Source: Vicinamibacteria bacterium (GTDB lineage: Bacteria > Acidobacteriota > Vicinamibacteria > Vicinamibacterales > UBA8438). From it: 64,000 nucleotides of DNA. The translations under genes were made by a program, and so were the position numbers. The stretch is taken from contig JAJEEA010000129.1 of the NCBI GenBank assembly GCA_022821235.1, positions 3,931 through 67,930 of the forward strand. The letters run 5' to 3'. Below are positions 45,135 through 53,147 of this stretch, one piece after another. The notes under the pieces were generated by a model, which saw only the letters and a list, made by a program, of their open reading frames with translations, had not been told where the DNA came from and ran no database searches. How positions within the stretch are numbered: position 1 is the first letter of the stretch; the number at the start of each line of letters is the position of its first letter.

Positions 45135-46570
45135 ATGCCCACCGACCCCGCCGACCTGGAGTTCACCGCCGACGAGATGCGGCGCATGGGGCATGCCACC
45201 GTCGAACGGCTCGTCGACCACGTCCTGAGCCTCGAGACGCAGCCGGCCCGGGGTGACGTGGACGCGGCCGATCTCTGCCGCCGCCTCCGCGAGCCGGCGC
45301 CCGAGCGGGGCGTCGCGTACGAGCCGCTGCTCGACCGGCTGCTCACCGAGTGGGTGCCGCGGTCGTTCACGTCGTCGGGGCCCGGCTATCTGGCGTACAT
45401 CCCGGGCGGCGGGCTGTATCCCGCGGGGCTGGCGGACCTGATCGCGGACGTGGTCAATCGCTACACCGGGGTGCGGCTGGCCGCGCCGGCGCTCGTGCAG
45501 CTCGAGGCCAACGCGCTCGACTGGCTGCGCGACTGGATGGGGTTCCCCGACGGGACCCGCGGGCTGTTCACGACCGGCGGCTCGATGGCGCACTTCAACG
45601 CGGTGGTGTGCGCGCGCGAGAGGCATCTCGGAGCGGACATTCGCGCGGGCGCGCTGTACGGCTCGACGCAGATGCACCACTCAATGAGCAAGTCCGCTCG
45701 GCTGGCCGGCATCATGCCGGACCGAATCAGGGCGGTCCCCGTCGACGGGCGGTTCCGGATGGACGTGGACGCCCTCGCCGACCTGATCGCCGCGGATCGC
45801 CGGGCCGGCCTCGCCCGTTCTGCGTCGCGTCGGCGGCCGGCACCACGAACACCGGCGCCGTCGATCCGCTGAACGCCGTCGCCGACCTGTGCGCCCGCGA
45901 AGGGCTCTGGCACCACGTGGACGGCGCCTACGGGGCGTTCTTCCACCTGTGTCCCGAGCTGCGGGGCTTAATGCCCGGGCTCTCGCGGGCCGATTCCCTC
46001 ACCCTCGATCCGCACAAGGGCCTGTTCCTGCCCTACGGCACCGGAGCCCTCCTCGTGCGCGACGGCGCGGCGCTTCGGCAGGCGCACGAGGCGACCGCCG
46101 GCTACCTGCCGGGCCGGAGCGACGGCGACGAGTTCTATGACCCTCATCTGTACGGGCCGGAACTCTCGCGCGGATTCCCGGGCCTTCGGGTCTGGCTCTG
46201 CCTGAAGCTGTACGGCGCGGAGCGGTTCCGGGCCGCCCTGGCCGAGAAGCGGGCCCTCGCCCTGGAGGCGGCGGCGCGCGTGGCCGCGGTCCCGAGGATC
46301 GTGATGGCGGCGCCGCCGCAGGTGTCGCTGTTCGCGTTCCACCTGCGCTGGCCCGGCTCCAGCCTGGCCGAGGAGAACAGGGCGACCGAGCTCCTGGTGG
46401 AGCGCGTGAACCTGAGGAACCGCGTGATGCTGTCGGGCGCGGTCGTCGAGGGGAGGTTCCTGGCGCGGGTCTGCGTCCTGAGCTTCCGCACCCGCGCCCG
46501 CCACGTGGCGGCCTGCGTGACCGACCTGGCGGAGGAGGCGGCCGCGGTCCTGGCGACGGCCTCGGCATGA
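45135..46570 (+). pseudogene. group II pyridoxal-dependent decarboxylase, interrupted by one frameshift
   Basis: The N-terminal half is in ORF 44925..45872 (GYLAYIPGGG, FTTGGSMAHFNAV). The C-terminal half is in ORF 45350..46570 (AAGTTNTGAVDPL, HVDGAYGAF, PLP lysine in LDPHKGL). The frames join near 45810-45812, as GGC CT|C GCC CGT TC. Confidence 0.8.
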
Positions 46571-46705
46571 GACCGTGGCCCGGCGCGTGGCCCGGTTGAG
46601 CGACGAGCGCCTCACGGGCGCACTACGCGCTCAGACGCGCTGGCGCGGCTGGTCGCGGAAATCGAACGGCAGGGGCAGAGACGATGGCGACGGACCGCAC
46701 CAGGA

Positions 46706-47719
46706 TCACTGTCGCGGGCCGGCGTCGGGCGGCACCCGCTGCGTGTTCAGGCGCCGGGCGCCGGCGAGAATGCCGGCCAGGCCGATATTGCCTTCGTGAC
46801 AGGCGTACTCGAACATCGGGCCGTCGGTGCGGCGCAACGGCATGAGTGCGGTCCAGGGCCGCGTATAGCCGTTCGGATCGTCGACGGTGAACTCGTACAT
46901 CACGGTGTCGGCGTCCACGCGCCGGAACCGCTCGACCAGGGTGGTGTCGCGACTCGAACCGCCGAGGCTGGTCTCGCGCAGGAAGTGCGTCGTGTCGACC
47001 ACTAGCGTGTCACCGTCCCAGCGTCCGCGAGAGTCCCCCGAGTATTGAGGGAGCGGGACGTGGGGACGGCCGTCGAGCGGGATGATGCGTGCGTTGTGCA
47101 CCATCTCGTTCACGATCACGACGTGGTCCGGCGTCTGCAGAATCAGCACGTTGTTGTTGTACGCGCTGGACACCATGGGCGGACCGGCATTGAATCCCAG
47201 GAGACAACGGTCGGACAGACTGCGATCGGTGTAGGAGTCGGCGAATCCGTTGCTGATGTTCGCCCCCCGGACCCGCGCCTCGGCCTGAAACGCCTCGCGG
47301 TAGGGGATCCGACCGTCCGGGGGGTCCACGATCAGCGATGTGCGCTTGTCTCGGGTCAGCTCGATGCCGCGCTCGTACCAGAACTCGTTGTATCCGCCCA
47401 CGCCGCCTTCCGCGAGTGACTGATATCGCACGCCCGGTGCGCGGACGGTGAGATCCTGCGTGTCGCGATTCAGCTCCCGGCGCCGCGACGCTTCGTACTC
47501 GGCCGCCTGCTCCGCCGTGAGCGTCTCCCGGCCCGCCAGGAGCGCCGATGCGCCGGCATCGATGACGGGACGCTGAAGTGGGGTCAGCGTCCGGAACGTG
47601 AACAATCCCTGGATGTCGGGATCGCCGTGCGCGGTGCGCGGCGCGAACTGCCCCATCGCGGGTGTGGACAGCGCGACGCAGACCAGGATCAGGAGCCCGT
47701 GGCGGGAAGCGTTGCTCAT
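46706..47719 (-). CDS. hypothetical exported protein
   Basis: Signal peptide MSNASRHGLLILVCVALSTPAMGQ. Conserved-looking blocks (GGYNEFWYERG, IVNEMVHNARIIPLDGRPH, MFEYACHEGN). Family not recognised. Confidence 0.8.
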   Translation of the reverse strand: MSNASRHGLLILVCVALSTPAMGQFAPRTAHGDPDIQGLFTFRTLTPLQRPVIDAGASALLAGRETLTAEQAAEYEASRRRELNRDTQDLTVRAPGVRYQSLAEGGVGGYNEFWYERGIELTRDKRTSLIVDPPDGRIPYREAFQAEARVRGANISNGFADSYTDRSLSDRCLLGFNAGPPMVSSAYNNNVLILQTPDHVVIVNEMVHNARIIPLDGRPHVPLPQYSGDSRGRWDGDTLVVDTTHFLRETSLGGSSRDTTLVERFRRVDADTVMYEFTVDDPNGYTRPWTALMPLRRTDGPMFEYACHEGNIGLAGILAGARRLNTQRVPPDAGPRQ

Positions 47720-47895
47720 CGCCGCATTCTACCAGCCCGCGGCCAAGGGCCGGCCGCGTTTGCGGCGTGTCATCCGGGTATGCGTCGGCGGGAAGGACGC
47801 CGTCCGGATACGTCAGCTCGGCGACTGCGCGCACGACACGGTTCGCGGGGGGGAGCCTTGACGGGAGGCGGAAGATGCGTGGTGTCGCGCGAGCA

Positions 47896-48762
47896 CTACG
47901 CGCTCAGACCGGTGACGATCAGCAGCAGGAACAGGGCGGTCATGACCGCGACCCCGTGCGCCGCCACCAGGCACGCCTGCTTGGCGAGGGTCTTCACGGG
48001 TGGTTCCCGGTAGGCGCGACGCAGCGACAGGAACAACAGGACGAGGAGGATCGGCAGGGAGATGGCCGAACCCAGGAGCGTACCGGATAGCGCGTTGACG
48101 GCGGCTCCGGCGACGTAGAGCATGAACGCCGTGGTGAAGAAGTGCAGCGCGAAGACGAGATGCGGCACGAAGAAGCGCTCGCGTTGGCGGTAGAGCAGTC
48201 GTAGCATCGCCGCGAACACCGGCACGAGAGAGAAGAACACCCAGGGCAGGCGTTGGACGAAGAACGCCTCGGCGCGCTCCGGCGCCTCGATGACCGGTCG
48301 CAGCCCGCGCTGCAGGACCCAGCGCACGAGTGCGGGATCGTCGGCGCCGAGATCGTCGAGACCGGCTCGGTCGTTCTCGGTGAGGAAGATCTGCATCGCG
48401 GCGTCGGGATTGTCGCCGGTGGCGTCGAAGAAGCTGTCCGGGGCGAATGCGGTCAGGAGGAGGAAGCTGACGAAGCTGACGAAGAGATAGAGCCGCAAGG
48501 GTGCCACGTAGCGCGCGCGCCGTCCGCGCCAGTGCTCCACCGTCAGGTGGCCCGGATGGCGCAACAGGGCGAAGAGCGTGTTCCAGACCCTCGAATCGAA
48601 GGAGAAGAGACCGTCCAGCGCGTCCCGGACGAACGCGCTGACGGGTACGTGCAGGTCGCCCGCGCGCTAGCCGCAACGGGCGCAGTAGCTCTCGACGCGG
48701 TCCGATCCGCAGTTGGGGCAGCGGACTACGTTCGACGGTCCGCCCTCCGGAACAGGCTCCAC
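47896..48762 (-). pseudogene. DUF3667-type zinc-ribbon membrane protein interrupted by an in-frame TAG
   Basis: GTG 48762 opens VEPVPEGGPSNVVRCPNCGSDRVESYCARCG. A TAG at 48667-48669 follows, and the same frame then continues RAGDLHVPVSAFVRDALDGLFSFDSRVWNTLFALLRHPGHLTVEHWRGRRARYVAPLRLYLF plus TM helices (ORF 47896..48564). Confidence 0.75.
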
Positions 48763-48772
48763 GCTGTTGGCC

Positions 48773-50107
48773 TCAGCGAGCCCCGTCCTCGCCAATTCGG
48801 TACAGCTTCGACCGCGTCCGGATGAACAGGCTGCCGTGGGCGATGGCCGGCGTGGCCATCGTGAACTCGCCGAGCGGGTTGCGGCCGACGACCTCGAACG
48901 TGCCCCCGGCGCGGATCACGTAGGCGTCGCCGTCCTCGCTCAGCGCGAAGATCCGGTCGTCGTAGGCCCAGGGCGACGCGGTGAACGCGGCGCCGACCGC
49001 GATGCGCCGCCGGGAGTAGATCTCCTCGCCGGTGCGCGCGTCGTGGGCGGTGAAGAACCCGCGGTCGAGGAGGGTGTACAGGACGTCGCCGTAGAGGATC
49101 TGCGACGTGTTGTAGGGGGCGGCCTGCGGCTGCGACCACGCGATGAACTCGTTGTCGGTCTCCGACCCGCGGAGCGAGATGTCGCCGCCGGCGCCGGGGC
49201 GGACGGCGAAGACCGGGCGGTTCTGATCGCCGAGGTACCCCGAGCCGATGTAGAGAAGGCCGAACTCGGCGAAGGGCGTGGCGACGGTGATGGACGACAT
49301 GCCGCCGAGCTCCCACAGCAGGTTGCCGTCGAGGTCGTAGGAGCGCACCCGGTCGGTGCCGTTGGTGACGATCTCGGTCCTCAGCTCATTCTCCCAGATG
49401 AACGGGGTCGCCCAGTTGGTGCCCTCGTCCCGTGGGATGCGCCAGACCTCGTTGCCGGTCTCGGCGCTGAGGGCGAGCAGGTACGACTGCTCGTCGTTGT
49501 CGTTCACGACATAGAGGCGGCCGTCGTGGAGCACCGGCGATGCGGCGGTGCCCCACCCGAGCCGGGTGGCGGCGGGCGCGACGTCGTGCGACCACCGCAA
49601 CGCGCCGTCCGCCGCGTCGAGGCAGAAGACGCCGAGGTTGCCGAAGTAGACGAAGAGCGCGTCGCCGTCGGTCACCGGCGTCTCGGTCGCCAGGGTGTTC
49701 TTCATGTGGTAGCCGCCGGCCGGCGTGCCGCGATGCAACTCGCGTTCCCATCGCACGGCGCCGGTGTCGACGTCGAGGGCGTAGACGATCCACCGGTGCT
49801 CCGCCGCCGAGGGGCTCCAGGTCTCGCGCCCGCGATAGAGGCCGCCCAGGGGCTCCTCGACCGCCTCGGCGCTGACGACGGTGGTGACGTAGACGGTGTC
49901 GTCCCAGACGACCGGCGAGCTCCAGCCGAGGCCGGGGAGGTCGGCGACCCAGGCGACGTTCTCGGTGGTGCTCCAACTGGTGGGCAGCCCGGAGGCCGCG
50001 GAGACGCCCCGCGCGTCGGGTCCCCGGAACTGGGGCCATCGATCCTGGGCGGCGGCGGGCGCGCACAAGACCACCGCGAGCAGTAGCGCGAGCATGTAGC
50101 GACTCAT
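48773..50107 (-). CDS. PQQ-like beta-propeller repeat protein, secreted
   Basis: Signal peptide then DRWPQFRGPDARGVS. Paralog of 30049..31512 without the C-terminal anchor. Its start overlaps the vapC stop (ATGA). Confidence 0.85.
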   Translation of the reverse strand: MSRYMLALLLAVVLCAPAAAQDRWPQFRGPDARGVSAASGLPTSWSTTENVAWVADLPGLGWSSPVVWDDTVYVTTVVSAEAVEEPLGGLYRGRETWSPSAAEHRWIVYALDVDTGAVRWERELHRGTPAGGYHMKNTLATETPVTDGDALFVYFGNLGVFCLDAADGALRWSHDVAPAATRLGWGTAASPVLHDGRLYVVNDNDEQSYLLALSAETGNEVWRIPRDEGTNWATPFIWENELRTEIVTNGTDRVRSYDLDGNLLWELGGMSSITVATPFAEFGLLYIGSGYLGDQNRPVFAVRPGAGGDISLRGSETDNEFIAWSQPQAAPYNTSQILYGDVLYTLLDRGFFTAHDARTGEEIYSRRRIAVGAAFTASPWAYDDRIFALSEDGDAYVIRAGGTFEVVGRNPLGEFTMATPAIAHGSLFIRTRSKLYRIGEDGAR

Positions 50108-50532
50108 CTGATCTCCTTCGCGTGGTTCGTTTGCCAGTCCTCGACGACGAGTCCGGGAACGCGTTCGAACTCGCGGACGTTCCGGGTGACCAGCGTCAGG
50201 TCGAGGGCCCTCGCATGGGCGGCGATGAGCAGGTCGTTGTGGCCGATGGTGCGGCCGACGCGCTCCAGCTCGCTGCGGATCGCCGCGTAGTGGGCGTCCG
50301 CCGGCGGTGCCAGCGGCAGGGTCACCAGCGCGGCCAGGACGGTCTCCAGTTGCCGGGTGAGGCGTGCCGATTTGCGGCGCGCGGCGCCGTACCGAAGCTC
50401 GGCCGCCACGATGATGCTGACGGCGATGGTGCGCGGCTCGAGCGAGGCCGCCCGTCGGGCCGCTTCTCCATCCGGTAGGCGCACCAACTCGGAGACGACG
50501 TTGGTGTCCAGCATGTAGCGCAGGACAGGCAC
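50104..50532 (-). CDS. vapC: PIN-domain toxin VapC
   Basis: LRYMLDTNVVSEL...AAELRYGAARR...NDLLIAAHARALDLTLVTRNVREF. Confidence 0.88.
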   Translation of the reverse strand: MPVLRYMLDTNVVSELVRLPDGEAARRAASLEPRTIAVSIIVAAELRYGAARRKSARLTRQLETVLAALVTLPLAPPADAHYAAIRSELERVGRTIGHNDLLIAAHARALDLTLVTRNVREFERVPGLVVEDWQTNHAKEIR

Positions 50533-50533
50533 G

Positions 50534-50797
50534 TCACAGAGTGTCCTCGGGTCGGACCGGCGGGTCGTCGATCGGGGGGAAGTCCTCGTCGAGCCGCGTC
50601 AATTGCGACAGGACCGTCGCCAGCGTGGGAGCCCGGGGCACGGGCTCGACGACGAGGCGATCGTCTTCACGGTAGATGATGACCTCGTCCGCCGCCAGCT
50701 CGAACTCCCTCGGGATTCGAAGTGCCTGGTTACGCCCGTTCCGGAAGAGCCGGGCGTGGCGAGTCGGGCGATCCGTGTCACGTTCGCCGTGAAGCAT
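50534..50797 (-). CDS. vapB: AbrB/SpoVT-type antitoxin VapB
   Basis: ATG 50797. ARLFRNGRNQALRIPREFELAADEVIIYREDDRLVVEPV. One nucleotide separates it from vapC. Confidence 0.85.
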   Translation of the reverse strand: MLHGERDTDRPTRHARLFRNGRNQALRIPREFELAADEVIIYREDDRLVVEPVPRAPTLATVLSQLTRLDEDFPPIDDPPVRPEDTL

Positions 50798-50832
50798 ATG
50801 CCAGCCTATGATGCCAGGTCGCCCGTTGTCAA
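50798..50832 (-). promoter_or_regulatory. vapBC promoter candidate TTGACA-18-TAGGCT-N5-ATG (leaderless geometry)
   Basis: Minus strand: TTGACA at 50827-50832 and TAGGCT at 50803-50808. The start codon follows 5 nt later with no Shine-Dalgarno. A second copy of the ~35-bp TTGACA-containing block lies near 50894-50930. Confidence 0.45.
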
Positions 50833-51009
50833 TGCAGTTCGCCGCAGGTCCTGTCATGCCCGACCTTCGCCCCGGGCCGCAGGAGGGCCCGAAGGTGTCA
50901 ATGCGGTGCGCGGCCGCAGGTCCTGTTGCGGCTTGCGGCGCCCGCGTCTCATCCTGTGTGGCTCGATGCGTCGTATCGTCTGGTCCGCGCGGCTCGCGGC
51001 GCCCGCGTC

Positions 51010-51996
51010 TCACCCCCAGAATCCGGCGACCCGCTCGATCACCCAGAAGCTGGCGACGGCGCCCAGGCCGTACGCGGCGGCGTGATCGAGGCGCGCGCGG
51101 CGGGCCGGCGTGCCGAGGAGCAAGTAGGCGGTCCACAGCACGACGCCGCACGCGGCCGCGAACGCGATCTGTCCGAGCTCGATGCCCAGGTTGAAGAGCA
51201 GCAGCGTCATCGGGACGTCGCGGCCCGCGAGCCCGGTGTCGAGCAGGGCCCCGGCGAAGCCGAACCCGTGCATCAGCCCGAAGGCGAACGCCATCGTCCA
51301 CGGCCTGGCGGAACCCGCGTCCCCGCGGTCGCGCCGCAGGATCTCGAACGCCAGATAGACGATCGACAGGGCGATGAACGCCTCGACGGGCGGGCCCGGC
51401 ACGCGCACCACGTCGAGGACGGTCATGCCGAGGGTGATGGAGTGCGCGACGGTGAACGCGGTGATGGTGGCGACGAGGCGGCGCCACCCGCGGACGAGCA
51501 GGATCATGCCGGCGACGAACAGCAGGTGGTCGACGCCGCCCAGGATGTGCTCGACGCCGAGCGCGAGCCGGTCCCGGACCCCCGCCGAGCCCGGGCTCAA
51601 GGGGATCGTGGTCAACGCGCCCGACGCCACGCGTGTCAACCGGTTGCCGTGCTCGTCCTCGACGTGCACGAGGACGTCGACGAAGCCGCCCGCGAGGCCC
51701 GCGAGGCCCATGACCGGCGCGGCGCCCGTCACGTCGCACGAGAACCGTTGCTCGACGACGAGGCTGTCGTCCTGGCGGAGGCGGCGGTCGGGGCCCCCGG
51801 GCGCGCAGGTCGCGGGCAGCCGCACCTCGATGGGCCACGCGGTCGCGCCCGTCACCGGGATCTTGAGCACGGAGACGAAGTCGCCCGGCCCCAGCGCGCG
51901 CACTTCCAGGAACGCGAGGCGAGTCTCGTGGGCGTGCGCCGGCGGCACGAACGCCCACAGCGCCATCGCCGTCAGCACGCGGGCCGCCGCCTTCAT
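51010..51996 (-). CDS. HupE/UreJ-family membrane protein
   Basis: Signal peptide ending AHAHE. GVEHILGGVDHLLFVAGMILL, FTVAHSITLG, GLMHGFGFAG. Its start overlaps the upstream stop (ATGA). Confidence 0.85.
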   Translation of the reverse strand: MKAAARVLTAMALWAFVPPAHAHETRLAFLEVRALGPGDFVSVLKIPVTGATAWPIEVRLPATCAPGGPDRRLRQDDSLVVEQRFSCDVTGAAPVMGLAGLAGGFVDVLVHVEDEHGNRLTRVASGALTTIPLSPGSAGVRDRLALGVEHILGGVDHLLFVAGMILLVRGWRRLVATITAFTVAHSITLGMTVLDVVRVPGPPVEAFIALSIVYLAFEILRRDRGDAGSARPWTMAFAFGLMHGFGFAGALLDTGLAGRDVPMTLLLFNLGIELGQIAFAAACGVVLWTAYLLLGTPARRARLDHAAAYGLGAVASFWVIERVAGFWG

Positions 51997-52868
51997 GGCT
52001 GCACCAGGTCGCCGATGGCGTCGAACGGCGCCACGTCGACGTCATAGCTGGCGCGCATCTCGGCGTAGCGCTGGGACTCGCGCGCGGCGACGTGGTCGCG
52101 GCGCCAGTCGTCGAGCACGGTCTCGCGGACCTCGTCCAGCGTCCGTCTGCGCCCCTCCCGGTAGGCGTCCACCCGCACCAGGTGCGCGCCGTAGGCCGAG
52201 GGGACGGGTCCGAACCACGCGTGCCGCGACCCGGGCCGGGCCGCGTGATCGAGCACGGCGTCGCGAAACGCGGTGCCGAAGATCTGCTCCAGCCGGCCGG
52301 CGTCCTCGAGCGCCAGCGTCTTGGCCGCGTGGAAGCTGTCGTCGTCGACGGTCCCGCCCGCGGCCAGCGGCGCGAGCGCCGCGCGGGCGTCCGCCTCGGC
52401 CGACTCGCCCCGGCGGTCGCGGCTGAAGAACCGGTGGGTCAGGGTGAGCCCGGGCGGCTCGACATAGCGATCGGCGTGCGACTCGAAGTACCCCCGCAGC
52501 TCGTCGGCGCTCGGCTCGGCCGTCGCCGCGACGTCGTTCAGCGCCATCTCGAGCTTCTCCGCGAGCCGGCGGCGCACCAGGACGTCGTTCTCGTCGAGGC
52601 CGAGGGCGATGGCCTCGCGGTACAGGACCTCCTCGCGCACGCGGTCCACGACGAGCCGGGTCAGCTCGTCACGAGTCGGCGGACGCCTCCACTGGGCCTG
52701 CCACAGGGCGGCCAGCGCCTCCAGCTCGTACCGGTCGATGACGATGCGGCGGTCGTCGGTCGGCGCCCGGTCCCCGACCAGTGCGTACAGCACGAAGAGC
52801 GCGGCCCCGGCCGCGAAGAACCGGGTCAGTGGCTCGCGCCAGAACCGCCGCCACGGGGATGTCGTCAT
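51993..52868 (-). CDS. membrane-anchored parvulin-type peptidyl-prolyl isomerase-like protein
   Basis: N-terminal TM (FFAAGAALFVLYALV) and a SurA/PpiD-like helical region. GPVPSAYGAHLVRVDAY resembles the parvulin core. Confidence 0.7.
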   Translation of the reverse strand: MTTSPWRRFWREPLTRFFAAGAALFVLYALVGDRAPTDDRRIVIDRYELEALAALWQAQWRRPPTRDELTRLVVDRVREEVLYREAIALGLDENDVLVRRRLAEKLEMALNDVAATAEPSADELRGYFESHADRYVEPPGLTLTHRFFSRDRRGESAEADARAALAPLAAGGTVDDDSFHAAKTLALEDAGRLEQIFGTAFRDAVLDHAARPGSRHAWFGPVPSAYGAHLVRVDAYREGRRRTLDEVRETVLDDWRRDHVAARESQRYAEMRASYDVDVAPFDAIGDLVQP

Positions 52869-53147
52869 GGAGCCTGAAGCGGGACGCTACGAATGGTATC
52901 GCAGGAGCCCGCCGTGAGATCGGGTGTGCACCGAGAGACCCTCGACGGCGACGGCGGACCGACAACGTCCCTGCGCGGCAAGGCGCGTCGAGGGCGCATC
53001 TGCGCTGGTCCAGGAGCGTCGTCGGCGCGCACCCGCAACCGCCGAGTAGCATGTCTCGCTGCCCGCCGGGTTACCCGGACGCCCCGCACACCGTAACCGC
53101 CGAGGAGCAGGTTAGCGGCATGGACATCTCTCATGCCCGGCAGCCCG

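Noticed and set aside
46620-46636. Exact 17-nt match GCACTACGCGCTCAGAC, also found at 47893-47909.
   Set aside because: Similarity does not extend beyond the 17-mer. In a strongly GC-biased 64-kb sequence, a few such matches are expected by chance.
48667-48669. TAG inside the DUF3667 gene as programmed read-through or a recoded codon.
   Set aside because: TAG ends at least four other well-supported genes in the window, and no recoding machinery or signals were seen. A nonsense mutation or base-call error is simpler.
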